From: a virus | Direction: 5' to 3' (one strand) | DNA: 64,000 nucleotides | IMG/VR virus record: IMGVR_UViG_3300020193_000011 | Span: 8,502 to 72,501 of that record | Shown: piece by piece, positions 31,314 through 42,877 of the stretch | Position numbering within the stretch: the stretch's first letter is position 1 | Layout: the number at the start of each line of letters is the position of its first letter | Notes under the pieces: model-generated | Told to the model about the DNA's origin: nothing | Seen by the model: only the letters and a program-made list of their open reading frames with translations | Databases searched by the model: none | Program-made: the position numbers and the translations under genes

Positions 31314-34300
31314 TTAATAGCCTCCTACCTCTCTGGGGATTGCCATAAGCTCTTGTGTTGTATACAATGCTGGCCCCTTGATTGCCGTAAGCCCCTTTGT
31401 ATAAACTGAAGCCAGCCCAGATATGACTAGTTCCCAATTAAGTGTTATTGGGTTTCCGTCATCATAGTACTCGTCCCAAGCGGCCATTGGCCATTCTGAT
31501 GTTTTTTCATATACCCTATTCAAAATAACAAGGGCGAATAGAGCGTCGAACGTCTTTTTCTCGATGTTCGTTAGGTTATTGAGGGGATCGCCTGCTCCCA
31601 AAGAAGTGAAGTGCATAAACCCGTTTGTTGGTATCGAATTATACAAAGGCGGTGAAAGAGTAAAAACCGCCTGTTCTTCCAGAATAGCGTTGTATAAAAG
31701 CTCATATCTTGTATATATGACCGATTGTGGGTTAATTAGTTCTTTCACTTTATCTTTTACATAAGCTATAGAATTAGATGTTGATTCTGGTATGCTCAAA
31801 AATATCGACCTTATTTTTAAGTAAGTTGAATCATATATTGCTTTATCCGTTTTATAAAACACACTAGCCATATATCTGTCATCATACTTTTGATCGTTGT
31901 TTTTTGTGTATGCTATTTGATAATTTTCTGGATTATTGTAAACGGCGCCTGCTTCAAAATCGTCGGCTGTTAGAATCATTTGCGGATTGTTTGGACTTAT
32001 TCGTAATACAAAAAGTTTTCCTTCTAGAGCTTGCCTCACATAATGAAGAGCCTTAGACGCAGGTGAATTGGGATTGATAATTGCAATACTTGATGTAATA
32101 TTGTTTTTGTTAAGTTCCGGTGTTTGCACGCCTTCAAATCTTATGGTGTAAGACTTTCCACCACCTATAATATCTCTAACCACAATCGTGTCACCGTCTT
32201 TATAATGTTCAGCTTTAACTATAACTTTAAAAAATTCCCTAAGGCCAGTTTTTTCTGGACCAAGACCAGAATATTTTAAAATTTCTGATTGCACTATGGC
32301 GTTCTCCAAGCTGATGTATTTTACGAGATCGGATATTTCTTTTTCCTTGTAACCCATACTCTTAAATATATCATCAGATCTAACATAAGCGTGCCCTGCT
32401 TCTGTTTTAACATTTGTTTTTACCCCCAAAATTCCTGGAAGAAGTCTCTTTGAATGGAATTTGCCCACAACCATTCCTTGAAAATTGGACAATCCTCCGT
32501 CCATTGGTTTTCCATTTTTGGAAAGATACTGTATGTAGCAACCGTGTTGATCCAAAACATTCTCTCTCACCCACTTCCATGCGCCCCAAGCTGCGTCGGT
32601 TGCCAACGCAAGGCCTCCACCAACAAACGCTCCGGCAACAGGGTTAACCATGCTTACGGCAACAGTTGCAGTGGCTGTTACTGCCGGCATCACCAGGCCA
32701 GCAAAAATTGCCGCTCCCATACCGCCGCTTTCTATTTTGCCGGTATTTGCTTTTATTAATTCTTTTATTTTTTCCGAAGTATCCGGCAGTGCGTCGGCGA
32801 GTTGATTGGCTTGAATGTCCTTCAACAAAGCTGTATGGCCATGCGTGTACTGCAGCCCCCCGACCATTTGGTCCTTGAGCATGTCGGCCAAATTGTCAAT
32901 TGATACCGATCCATTTACGGTCAATCTACTGTTGTTTGATTTGTTGGCCAAAAGAAGACGCGCATCATTTCGAAGATTTTGCATGCTGAAATGGGCGGCG
33001 CACCAAGACGACATAAACCATCTCGATGGGTCATTCACGGAGACAAATGCATTAGGTGTTATCGTGGTGACAAAACCAGTTTCTGGGGTGAAATGATGAA
33101 CAACTTGTTCAACTTCAAAAATTCCATATATTCTTTCATACACATCAGCCAAATAGACAATATCATGAGGCCTTATATCTGCATTTCCTATTATGATTAT
33201 TTCTCCGCCATAAAGATCTTTTAACGATTCTTTCAAATACGAAAGAGCGACTCGTCTTGCTGTCAATTCATCGGGCTCGCCTTGGGCGTGTTTAGAAATA
33301 CCCCTAAATGTTTCAAATGGATGGAAGATTGGATGCAATACCCCCCAAACCCCTTCGCCTTTTGGATTGTCCCAATACAAACCAGTTTCTACGGTTTTTT
33401 CAATTTGCTTTTCCGGTGGCGCCGATTTGTCCAACGAAACTGTAACGGGAAATTTGCCATCAGAAACTGCTGTTATTTGTGTTGCAACTCGTCCGTTTTC
33501 TTTAATGTTATTTGCGATAATATGCGTAAACGAACTTATGTAATGCATTCTTTGAAACGGCTCTCTTATCTCAACAACCGGTTCACCATATTCTCTTGTG
33601 AAGGGGTTGTCGACCGCTCTCAACAAAGTGCCTGGTCTTCCCAAAGAATAGTAAATGGAATCGTTGTACGCTTTATTTAAGATGTTTGCTTGTCTACTAA
33701 AATTTTCAATATTTTGCAGACCGTAACCAACTTGGGCCATTGAAACTCTAAACATATTTAAAAGATTTCCAAGCACGGTGTCAAATGCATTGAAAATAGG
33801 CCCTATAGTTTTGTCATAAAATTTAATTGCATCTTCCCCAATTCCAGTAACCCAGTTGCTTGCGTTGCTGCCTTCTTTTGCGTTTTTTTGCAATAACTTA
33901 ATAAACGTTTTGTTATCTTTTGCATATTCTGCTTCGTAGTCTATGAATGCGTGAAAAATCGGATCTACCCCCTTAAAACTCCATTGATCATTGTCGTTAC
34001 CAAAAACATTAAAAGCTGCCAATCCAGCCGCTAATGTTGCTGTTGCTGGATTAAGGTATAGAGCTGCATTTGCGGCGGAGGCAAATCCGGTTGCACTATA
34101 CCTTTTCTTATCCGGTCTTAAAACCAACCATGCTCTTGCGTACGGATCTGACCACATCTTTTGCCTGAATATTCCAACCAACAATAAGAATAATTGTTTT
34201 GGACTTTCAATTTTGGCAATAAGTTCTTTGGCTTCTTTTTCTGTTCTGCTTGATTTTGATTCTTTGCCAAATTTTTCTGCGATTCTTTCATAAACGTTCT

Positions 34301-37300
34301 GGTTACTAGATCCGCTTTCAGAAAGATCTTTACCCGTACTATCATCTGTTGAAATATCCGTTTTGGAATACTCATACGTTTCAAAATGATTCGTTATAAT
34401 TTGAGTAATGCTTTTTACCTTATTGTAAATGAGGGCATTGTATGCGTCCAGAATTCCTTTATCCTTATTGATGATTGGTTTGTTTTCTGCGTCTTTGCCA
34501 TCAAACCCAGCATCTATATATTCGTCTACCGCTATATCTATAGCCGACTGTTTTGCCGCGGTTTGGGCACTGGCTGCGCCTATCCAATCTGCCCCTAACA
34601 AGGTTGTAAATTCTGAACTTCTAGTATCTGCACCGAATTCTTCTAGCGTAATTTTAGACTTGCCCGTCAAAAGTTCGAAAATTGGATCATTGGATATATT
34701 GTCGTCGTCAGGATCAAGATTGTAAACTTGTTGAAATATATTTTTTACAGAATCATAAGTGTGATAAGCGAACCTAAATTGGTCCCATATTTGTTGGGCC
34801 TCGCTCACCCTTCTTCCATTTCCTGCAATAACTTTTACTGTACTATCAAATTTTTCATCGTAAAACCCTCTAGCGACAACAGATATGGGATCTAATTGAT
34901 CGTACACCGCTGAAAAATTTTCGTTCTTTTTTCCTTCTCTATCTTTTTTTAGTTCTTCGAATAATTTGTCTCTTGAAACGGCGTCCAAATTTTCATTATC
35001 TTTAATAAGGTTATAGTATTCAAGATAATTTCCACCTTGACTCCATTCTTTTTGCCAATCTCTTTGTGTTTTTAGGGCGATTATGTCATCAAGAAACTGA
35101 TATTCGTGTTCAACAACAACTCCATTGGGGTTTCTTCTCAAGGAGGGATGCCCAGCATTTGGATCAATTCCTACCTGTCTAGCCGGCAGTCTGCCGTCAT
35201 TCATCATCAGAACATCTTGAATAGGCCCGCCATCTGACGCCTTAAATGCTCCAAAACCAACAAGGAAATTACCCTCGGAAAATTTCCAACCATCTTCGAC
35301 ATACCTAAATCTATTCGCCGGATTATAAGAACTAGTAACTACTCCCAATGGGGTCGCATCATTAACGAAAGTGAATCTGCATTCTGCAAGATCCTGCTCA
35401 ACCATTCCCATGGCCTCAAATTGACCGGCGGTAGTCGCCATGCCTGATTTGGAAGAATTAGCGATGCCGATATTTTCAAGAGGGGAAACAATTTGACCTT
35501 TTTCACTGATTAACAAACCTAGGAAATAAGCAGCATCTGGAGAAATAATTGCATCAATAGCTCCGGATCCATCCCCGTCTGATTCTGTTGCTCCCCATAA
35601 GAAATATGCTGGTGCACAAACTACCGCAGAATTTGTTTTTTCATTGTAAACAAGAACTCTTCTTTTTTTATACTGTTCTGGGGAACCAACTAGATCCTCT
35701 TCGGAAAAATTGTACATTTTCAAAAACTTTTTTAAAACTTCTCTTTGCACTTCGGGAGTGGGTCTTACTTTGTTTATTTTTTCAGCAATATCTACCAGGC
35801 CAGGCATTGTGTTGTTCGAATCTGTAAATATTGGATTGTACGGCCATCTCATGGCAATATAAAATTGTTCTTCCTCTGCGGTTTTTGGCATTCCCCAATC
35901 GCTAAAATTTAAAGGCAGAGTATTGAATTCTTGTTGCAATTTATATATAGGATCAAGCTCTTGATAATAGTCTTGAAATTTTTCAGTAAATTGATCCGGA
36001 TTTTCGTTCATAATTGGTAAAGGCATTTGTATTATGAAGGATGCGTTTATTTGACCCAAGTTTCCTTCCGGGTCGAAAATTCCAGACGGATCAAAAGCTG
36101 CCGTACCTTCTAATAGATTTGTGCCGGCAACGTCCAGGATTGGCAATAGTGGAATTTTTGAGGCAAAATTAAAATTAAAATCTAAACTAATTTCTCCATT
36201 TTTTTCAGAAACCAAAGCGGTTGATTCTGAATCTGTTTCTTTTGAAATTAAACCTTTTTCAATAAGCGAAATAGAAAGAATATTATTAATTGTTTTTTTC
36301 AGATCTTCTTCGTTATCGCCTTTAACTATTTTATCAAAATCAAGCGAAGGAAGTAGGCCGCTTGTTCTGTTCGTAAAGAAGGGGTATCTAAATCTTATGG
36401 GGAGTTGATCAAGTTGCTTGTGCGTTTCTTTTTGCATTGGCATAGTGATTTCGGTTCCGTTAGAACCAAACGGCAGGTGAAATCCCACTTGAACTTTGCC
36501 TTTGTTAACTGGAAGTTTGGAAACAATTTTGTTGTTGTATTTATAAATACTCCTGTTTTCGTCAAGAAAATTTATAACTTTTCCTCTAAACATTGTTCCA
36601 GATTTGAAAATTCCCTGAAATGACAACATGTCTTTGGACATCGATGCTATCGATTCGGACAAAGTACTTTCACCTGCCTTGTTAAGACCTGCCAGATCTG
36701 CCCCCATTGACTGTTCTTTGTTAACAATGTCAAGTATTGATTGCAGCGAATCATCTGGTTCAATGTAACCTGGTATTGAAACTCCGTCTAATTTAGCTTG
36801 TTCTTCATTTGGAAAACCGGTAGATACAGGGAAAATTCCAGAGGTATATAACCAGTGTGGTTTACCGTAAAAAACTGTAGACCTATCTTCAAATGGTCTT
36901 ACTGCAACAATATAGTTTGGAAGAAGTCTTGCGCACATTTGGAACATGTCCCAAACCGATCTCATATAAGTTTGAGCCCTAAAAGAAACTTCGTCATAAA
37001 TATCATCATCAAGATCTGACACGAGTCCCATAGTTTTCAAAACATTGGAAAATCCACGACCTTTAAAATTTCCAATAAGTTGCGATCCCAAAAAACCAGC
37101 GACTGGCCCCAAAGTAAGAGTAGCTCCTACGGTAGTTGCGACAGCAAGTCCGGTGCCTATAATATGGCTACTTCTTAATCCTTCGTTTGTATTGGTCAAC
37201 TTATTAACTTCAGTTGTTTTTTCAAGCACCTGGTTGGCTTCGACATTGCTTGCGCTTTGCGACTGCTCAAGCAACCCGGCCCAAGATCTGTTAGATAACC

Positions 37301-40300
37301 TGTCTACGTAACCAAATTTCTCTTTGTCTATTTCACTTATGTCTATGCTCGCCATCGTTGCCCAACCGTCGTCTAAATCGCCTCCCAAAAATTGCGCGAC
37401 TCCAACTCCGTTCCCTGGATAAATATTTCTTTTAAATATTTCCAAATCTCTTTGTGTGGAAAAATTACCCCATAGGGTTTGCATTGCGCCAATCAAGGGT
37501 GTTCGTACTGAACCGCCAAAACTTTCCATTCCGGAGTAAGAAGGAACGTTTCCGGCACCATAACCGCCAACAGAATTAAAAACGCCAGGTACCATGGTGC
37601 CAGGTCCTCCTGTCAAAAGATTAACCGTTGAATTTACAGCCAAACCCGCAGTACCCGATATTGGATTTCTGCCTACGGCGTTAAAAGCGTTGATAACACT
37701 CTGCCTGTACATTGAGCTTTTGGCTGCTTCTTGCTCAGTGAGTGGTTGATAAAGTATAGAACCAAAATGTCTAATCCCAAATTTATTTTCCGAAAATACT
37801 GCGCCCCTTGTTGCGTGAGCGAATGCCTCTCGCATCCTTGATGCCCCCATAGAAAGAAGTCTAATCATCAAATCCCTGGGCTCCGACAACCAAAGACCGG
37901 TGTTTATGCCACCATCTATCTTGCCGCTATCGCCCTTTTTCTTGGTGCTATTAATGATTGGACTTAACTCAACCGCATCCGATTGTGCAACAACTGTTAT
38001 AATCTCTCCGTGATCCACCTCTGCTATTACCCCATTAAAAATGGTCTGCAAAGCATTGGGGTTTGATCCGTATCCAGCCCTAAGATGAACTCTTACTCCT
38101 GGTTTTAATCTCATCTGGGCTATCTCTGTAATATATTTTGAATTCATATGTGATTTCAAATTCATAGATCTTTTTAAGAGGGTTTCAACCATCCTGGTGG
38201 AACCCGACGTAAGATTGATTGCGTATTTTTCAATATCTGAGTTTGTTATTCCACCGTAAAGAGTACCATCCGTGTTAATCAGACTGCTCAAACTAGCTTC
38301 TGGTTTAGAAAGTTTTGAATACATATTAGAGATTCTTAACATAAGTGTATCGCCGAGAAGATCCTCTGATTGAACAATGGAAAAATCAATGATTGATTGT
38401 AGTCCATAGAAATTATCAAACAACTTAACACCAGCAAAATAGTTTGAATCATCTATCAACCAAAGCATGTAGGTCGGATAGGCTCTAATCATTCTTCCGG
38501 ACAAATCCCTATACTGATTGTCCATCATCATTTTTTGCCAATGCTTAGCGACCCCTTTGTATGTGCCACCTGATGCAACGGATTGCATTTTTTCTTTTTG
38601 GGAAGACCCATAAGCCGACTGATAGCTGTCAACACTTTTTGCCCCAGGAACTCCTGTGTGCGAATTTTGTTTTTCCCTTTCCGGTGTTTGGGTGTCAGAA
38701 ATTTGCGTTACCTTAGACGTAGGAGAAATCCCTCCGTCTGAATTCATTCTAAGAAAATCTTGCGCCACATAGAATCTTCCATCATCCCTATTGGAATAGC
38801 CCATAATATATCCGCCATCAGGCGTTTGATATATTGCCGGTATTTTGCTTGTATCGTTTGGATCTGCGGCTGGTACGAGATGAATTATCCCAAAATGGTC
38901 GACATCATCCGGATCAAATGACGGAAGTTCTTTATTCTTAGAATTTTCTGCTGTTTCTGCTATTAATTTGTTAAATTTTTCCACTTGTTCTTTTGAGCCA
39001 GAAACCAAATCTCCTATGCGCACATTGCCATATCTTGTCTCAAATTTAACATCATCAAAATTATACTCAATATTATTATCGTCTTTAAAAAGATCAATCA
39101 TATCTTTCCAAATAGTTGGATATTTGTTGGCTATAAAACGACTTGACTGCAATGATGTTTCAAATTCTGGTTCTGTTTGTTGATCAAATATCGCTATTCT
39201 AAATATTTTCATCGCTTCATCAGCGGCTAGATTATTTTGGGTAATTAAGTAATCTTTTATTTCTTGTATGTTTCCATTGTTTTCAATTAATTTCTTTTTT
39301 ACGAAATAGACAAAAGATTTACCTCTATCATTTAAATAATTTTTTTCATTTTCCCATTCACCAACTGGCAGTGTATAATTTTCCGGATCAATTATATTGT
39401 TTATCACATCGTTGTCGAACATTTCGAATTGTCTAAAATAAAAATCTGGATCCAAAGATCCAACAACCATGCTGCTGGAAGGATCGGTAATTGACAACGG
39501 CATATCGGGGTACGCATTAAATGCTCCCCAATTTTGCTTCAATCTCAAAAAGGGATTTCTTTTTGATCCAAATTCTTTGATTAAAGATATTTGTTGTTCC
39601 GAACTAATGCTTTCTCGTTTTTGTTGGAAAATGTCGAAATCAACAAGCATCAAATTAACGTTGTAAACGTGTGGAAATTCCGGAATCGTGTCCACTGAAT
39701 AGTTAAGGGGCAGTACATACTTAACCCCTGCAAGAGCGCATATTATATTTTTAATGCCCATGAAACCGATAACACCGGCCGCATGCTCAAGGCGCGCCAG
39801 ACCGCTAAGGTAATCAAACATTTTCTTTATTTTTCTTAGTTCATTTTCTCCAAAAATAGTCATAGAAATACTGATCATGGTGTCTTTTGATCCTATGTAC
39901 TGAAATGTTGGCTCATCCTGCATTTGAAGCTGGAACTTCGCCATATTGTTGCCCATCGAAAGAGAAACTGAATTAACTATCACCGAATTTTCATCTAGGT
40001 CTATTTTCATCATTGGAACTTCCCATTCCTTGATGTTAAATGCCGATATTTTTCTTCCATCTATGCCTGAATACTTTTCGGCGTCCCTGACCAAACCAAT
40101 TCCAAGCAGTCGAATCATTTCGTCGTCTTTAAAAAATCTTTCATACAAACTCCCCATAAATGCATTAACAAATTTTGTTTGTTCGACAGCATATGTGGCG
40201 GACCATTCCTTTGAGCTTGTTGGATTAGATTTGTCAAAATCTATTTTTTTCTTTTTTAGAATAGCTTCTGTGTTTTGTTTGACTTGAAAATCTATTAATT

Positions 40301-42383
40301 GTTTCACGGATTGTGCGGCGGTGTAAAGACTTGATTTTGTTTCTCTAAGCTTGTTTGTTGCCTCTTCGGTGACTTGTGCTGGAACTTGCAAATCATTCGG
40401 GGATTTACGGTTTTTTAAATAATCTATAACCGCCGTATTTGTAATGTCATTGGCGTTGATATATTCCACAACAAGTGCATCATAAGTTATTTCATAACTA
40501 TTTTTTGCATTTGCCCCGGCAAGAGCTACTTCTACTATTTTTGCAGCGGTTTTTTTCATAAACACTGAAGAACCGTAATCTAAAGAACTTGTATATACGG
40601 TGTATAAATCCCTGTACAAAACTTCATCTGTGATATCTATACCTAATTTTAAAAGCAAATTTTCCCAAAATGCTCTCCCATAATCAAGAACTGCTTTTTC
40701 CTCCTCACTTCTAAATGAGGCGACATCTGGTGTGTATATTTTTGATTGTACTTCTGCAGGAATATATAAAGTTATATTTTTTCCGTTAACCCAATCATTA
40801 ATAATATTTGTTGTTAACAGTCCGTCCTTATATGCAGGAGCTGTTTGAGAATCCTGTAAAAAATCTCTTTGTTGATCTTTCAATATTGCGGGCAAGCGGT
40901 CTTCCACTGTGTTGATTGGAGCTATATCTTCTCCAACTGTCTTTAAAAGAAACTCTGCGTTTACGGAATTGGCCAAAGATCCGGCGGCTCTTCCCATGTA
41001 ATGCCTGAACTTGCCCCAATGAATTGCCTGATTAAAATCTTTTAACATGGGGAGGTACGGCTTATGATTAAATTGAGACAATTCTAGATCAACTTCTAAT
41101 GTAAACGGAAAGTTTTGCACCGTTGCTATAGTCATATTGGTTAATGCAACGCCAGTAATATCAAATACAGAATTAAGATAATGATTTTTAATCGGAAGAA
41201 TAGGTGCGTACTTGAAGGCTGCAATTAATCCCCTTAGTGAAGAAAGAAATTTATCAACCCTACTTTCATCGGCTGAATCTTTAAAATTAATGTAGTAGTT
41301 TGAATTCAAGTCTATTTTTGTTGCATCTTTGATATTTGATATTCCCCAAATTTCTTCATAATTTGGAAAATATAATTTTAAGTTAATAGTGGTTTCCCTA
41401 AATCCGGAATTATATTTTGGTGAAGCTTTTTGTCTGATTGCCCCACCAGTTAAGCTTCCGGTTTTAAAACCTGTATTAACCGATATTGTAATTGGTGGAA
41501 CATAAAAGTTTGCGGCTCCAATTCTTAAATGAAATATATCTGGATTTACCGGTGGAGTATTTGCGAATGTTCCAGCGTCTTTGATAGCCTTTTCTATTTT
41601 TTGGGCGGTCGTAAAATTCTCTATTGCCCAAATCGGCTTAAAAGTAGATTCGCCTTTCGCATCTGTGCCAAAAGCTTTGAACATACTTTCCATAATTTCT
41701 TTGTGATTATTGAGCGGATCATCTTCAAAATGTCCATAATCGCCAGTAGCAGCCAACGCAGTAATAAAAAGTCTGTACAAATTTGGAAAATATTTATATA
41801 CAGTTGCAAGAGCTAACGGATCATTATAAAAATAATTCTTTGTTTGTATAAGTTTTTCAAGCCAGAACGTATCCCTGATCGGATCATTAAAATCCGCAGC
41901 GGATTTTCTTAATGTCTCTGCGCTTTGAAAACGCAACCTTGCGAACGCCCTGATCCCCCCAGCCATCTCCGCTAAATCAATTAAACCAGACTGATATATT
42001 TTTTCAAATATTAAATTTCTATTTTTTTCATCTTTTATATGATTTAGCTCAGATTTTCTGAAACTAGTTAATTCTTTAAACAATTTATTATCTGGTGTGT
42101 TTGAAAAATTATCTTTTGATAAACCTATGGAAGAAAGATCTTTATTAAGCTCATCTTTTCTTCCCCCATCCCAACCGTCTAAGCCGGTAAATGGAAGACT
42201 GATACCGCTTGATGCAACAGCAGTTCCCAAGTCGAAAGCAAATTCAGCCCAGTTTTTAAATTTGGTCCAACCAGATCTATCTCCAGACATTTCGCCAAAT
42301 AGGGTTTCTAGCGGAGCAAGATCCGATTCGGCGTACAGATTGGAGGAGGCTTGGTCAGATTTAAGATCTATTTCATCGGCCAT
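31314..42383 (-). CDS. giant baseplate hub protein with C-terminal thermonuclease (SNase-like) domain (3689 aa)
   Basis: Hub motifs LKPGVRVHLRAGYG...IFNGVI and IIGNADIRPHDIVYL...FEVEQVVHHFTPETGFVTTI; SNase motifs DGDTIVV...IRFEGVQTPE...RYMASV...LNWELVISGLASVY. Confidence 0.75.
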   Translation of the reverse strand: MADEIDLKSDQASSNLYAESDLAPLETLFGEMSGDRSGWTKFKNWAEFAFDLGTAVASSGISLPFTGLDGWDGGRKDELNKDLSSIGLSKDNFSNTPDNKLFKELTSFRKSELNHIKDEKNRNLIFEKIYQSGLIDLAEMAGGIRAFARLRFQSAETLRKSAADFNDPIRDTFWLEKLIQTKNYFYNDPLALATVYKYFPNLYRLFITALAATGDYGHFEDDPLNNHKEIMESMFKAFGTDAKGESTFKPIWAIENFTTAQKIEKAIKDAGTFANTPPVNPDIFHLRIGAANFYVPPITISVNTGFKTGSLTGGAIRQKASPKYNSGFRETTINLKLYFPNYEEIWGISNIKDATKIDLNSNYYINFKDSADESRVDKFLSSLRGLIAAFKYAPILPIKNHYLNSVFDITGVALTNMTIATVQNFPFTLEVDLELSQFNHKPYLPMLKDFNQAIHWGKFRHYMGRAAGSLANSVNAEFLLKTVGEDIAPINTVEDRLPAILKDQQRDFLQDSQTAPAYKDGLLTTNIINDWVNGKNITLYIPAEVQSKIYTPDVASFRSEEEKAVLDYGRAFWENLLLKLGIDITDEVLYRDLYTVYTSSLDYGSSVFMKKTAAKIVEVALAGANAKNSYEITYDALVVEYINANDITNTAVIDYLKNRKSPNDLQVPAQVTEEATNKLRETKSSLYTAAQSVKQLIDFQVKQNTEAILKKKKIDFDKSNPTSSKEWSATYAVEQTKFVNAFMGSLYERFFKDDEMIRLLGIGLVRDAEKYSGIDGRKISAFNIKEWEVPMMKIDLDENSVIVNSVSLSMGNNMAKFQLQMQDEPTFQYIGSKDTMISISMTIFGENELRKIKKMFDYLSGLARLEHAAGVIGFMGIKNIICALAGVKYVLPLNYSVDTIPEFPHVYNVNLMLVDFDIFQQKRESISSEQQISLIKEFGSKRNPFLRLKQNWGAFNAYPDMPLSITDPSSSMVVGSLDPDFYFRQFEMFDNDVINNIIDPENYTLPVGEWENEKNYLNDRGKSFVYFVKKKLIENNGNIQEIKDYLITQNNLAADEAMKIFRIAIFDQQTEPEFETSLQSSRFIANKYPTIWKDMIDLFKDDNNIEYNFDDVKFETRYGNVRIGDLVSGSKEQVEKFNKLIAETAENSKNKELPSFDPDDVDHFGIIHLVPAADPNDTSKIPAIYQTPDGGYIMGYSNRDDGRFYVAQDFLRMNSDGGISPTSKVTQISDTQTPEREKQNSHTGVPGAKSVDSYQSAYGSSQKEKMQSVASGGTYKGVAKHWQKMMMDNQYRDLSGRMIRAYPTYMLWLIDDSNYFAGVKLFDNFYGLQSIIDFSIVQSEDLLGDTLMLRISNMYSKLSKPEASLSSLINTDGTLYGGITNSDIEKYAINLTSGSTRMVETLLKRSMNLKSHMNSKYITEIAQMRLKPGVRVHLRAGYGSNPNALQTIFNGVIAEVDHGEIITVVAQSDAVELSPIINSTKKKGDSGKIDGGINTGLWLSEPRDLMIRLLSMGASRMREAFAHATRGAVFSENKFGIRHFGSILYQPLTEQEAAKSSMYRQSVINAFNAVGRNPISGTAGLAVNSTVNLLTGGPGTMVPGVFNSVGGYGAGNVPSYSGMESFGGSVRTPLIGAMQTLWGNFSTQRDLEIFKRNIYPGNGVGVAQFLGGDLDDGWATMASIDISEIDKEKFGYVDRLSNRSWAGLLEQSQSASNVEANQVLEKTTEVNKLTNTNEGLRSSHIIGTGLAVATTVGATLTLGPVAGFLGSQLIGNFKGRGFSNVLKTMGLVSDLDDDIYDEVSFRAQTYMRSVWDMFQMCARLLPNYIVAVRPFEDRSTVFYGKPHWLYTSGIFPVSTGFPNEEQAKLDGVSIPGYIEPDDSLQSILDIVNKEQSMGADLAGLNKAGESTLSESIASMSKDMLSFQGIFKSGTMFRGKVINFLDENRSIYKYNNKIVSKLPVNKGKVQVGFHLPFGSNGTEITMPMQKETHKQLDQLPIRFRYPFFTNRTSGLLPSLDFDKIVKGDNEEDLKKTINNILSISLIEKGLISKETDSESTALVSEKNGEISLDFNFNFASKIPLLPILDVAGTNLLEGTAAFDPSGIFDPEGNLGQINASFIIQMPLPIMNENPDQFTEKFQDYYQELDPIYKLQQEFNTLPLNFSDWGMPKTAEEEQFYIAMRWPYNPIFTDSNNTMPGLVDIAEKINKVRPTPEVQREVLKKFLKMYNFSEEDLVGSPEQYKKRRVLVYNEKTNSAVVCAPAYFLWGATESDGDGSGAIDAIISPDAAYFLGLLISEKGQIVSPLENIGIANSSKSGMATTAGQFEAMGMVEQDLAECRFTFVNDATPLGVVTSSYNPANRFRYVEDGWKFSEGNFLVGFGAFKASDGGPIQDVLMMNDGRLPARQVGIDPNAGHPSLRRNPNGVVVEHEYQFLDDIIALKTQRDWQKEWSQGGNYLEYYNLIKDNENLDAVSRDKLFEELKKDREGKKNENFSAVYDQLDPISVVARGFYDEKFDSTVKVIAGNGRRVSEAQQIWDQFRFAYHTYDSVKNIFQQVYNLDPDDDNISNDPIFELLTGKSKITLEEFGADTRSSEFTTLLGADWIGAASAQTAAKQSAIDIAVDEYIDAGFDGKDAENKPIINKDKGILDAYNALIYNKVKSITQIITNHFETYEYSKTDISTDDSTGKDLSESGSSNQNVYERIAEKFGKESKSSRTEKEAKELIAKIESPKQLFLLLVGIFRQKMWSDPYARAWLVLRPDKKRYSATGFASAANAALYLNPATATLAAGLAAFNVFGNDNDQWSFKGVDPIFHAFIDYEAEYAKDNKTFIKLLQKNAKEGSNASNWVTGIGEDAIKFYDKTIGPIFNAFDTVLGNLLNMFRVSMAQVGYGLQNIENFSRQANILNKAYNDSIYYSLGRPGTLLRAVDNPFTREYGEPVVEIREPFQRMHYISSFTHIIANNIKENGRVATQITAVSDGKFPVTVSLDKSAPPEKQIEKTVETGLYWDNPKGEGVWGVLHPIFHPFETFRGISKHAQGEPDELTARRVALSYLKESLKDLYGGEIIIIGNADIRPHDIVYLADVYERIYGIFEVEQVVHHFTPETGFVTTITPNAFVSVNDPSRWFMSSWCAAHFSMQNLRNDARLLLANKSNNSRLTVNGSVSIDNLADMLKDQMVGGLQYTHGHTALLKDIQANQLADALPDTSEKIKELIKANTGKIESGGMGAAIFAGLVMPAVTATATVAVSMVNPVAGAFVGGGLALATDAAWGAWKWVRENVLDQHGCYIQYLSKNGKPMDGGLSNFQGMVVGKFHSKRLLPGILGVKTNVKTEAGHAYVRSDDIFKSMGYKEKEISDLVKYISLENAIVQSEILKYSGLGPEKTGLREFFKVIVKAEHYKDGDTIVVRDIIGGGKSYTIRFEGVQTPELNKNNITSSIAIINPNSPASKALHYVRQALEGKLFVLRISPNNPQMILTADDFEAGAVYNNPENYQIAYTKNNDQKYDDRYMASVFYKTDKAIYDSTYLKIRSIFLSIPESTSNSIAYVKDKVKELINPQSVIYTRYELLYNAILEEQAVFTLSPPLYNSIPTNGFMHFTSLGAGDPLNNLTNIEKKTFDALFALVILNRVYEKTSEWPMAAWDEYYDDGNPITLNWELVISGLASVYTKGLTAIKGPALYTTQELMAIPREVGGY

Positions 42384-42386
42384 AAT

Positions 42387-42866
42387 TTACCTGAACATAT
42401 TGTCTGTTTTAAGAAATTCTTGCATTTTGTTGGCAATATTATCGCCATTAAATACGGAACTATAATTAGTTATTATACCATTATTTTTAATATTGGACGA
42501 ATTATTGGACAATTGATTTGTAATTGGCCTTTTTATTTCTCCGGATTGTAAAAAATCTTTTTTATATCTAGCCTTTTGAAAATCGGGATTATCGTAGCCA
42601 TCTCCGTCCATTTGTATATAACCAGCGGACTGGCTTACAAGGCCTTCGTGCGAGCCTCTAATTGGGTCTGGAGGGGATTCTGAGAGCATTCTTCTCGATG
42701 AGGCTACTACATTGCTCCTGGAATCTGCCCCAATAGAAGTATTGATTTTTTGATTGGCTATTCTAGCAGACAAAACGTTTGATGTTTTTGTTCTTGAAGA
42801 AGTGTCTGTTCGTTTGGCCGCAGCGTCCGCTAAATTTTTGTTTTGTTCGTCTGCACCTAAAATCAT
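42387..42866 (-). CDS. hypothetical low-complexity protein (159 aa)
   Basis: In-operon ORF between the 1714-aa and 3689-aa genes. Confidence 0.65.
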   Translation of the reverse strand: MILGADEQNKNLADAAAKRTDTSSRTKTSNVLSARIANQKINTSIGADSRSNVVASSRRMLSESPPDPIRGSHEGLVSQSAGYIQMDGDGYDNPDFQKARYKKDFLQSGEIKRPITNQLSNNSSNIKNNGIITNYSSVFNGDNIANKMQEFLKTDNMFR

Positions 42867-42877
42867 ACTTTAAATAC

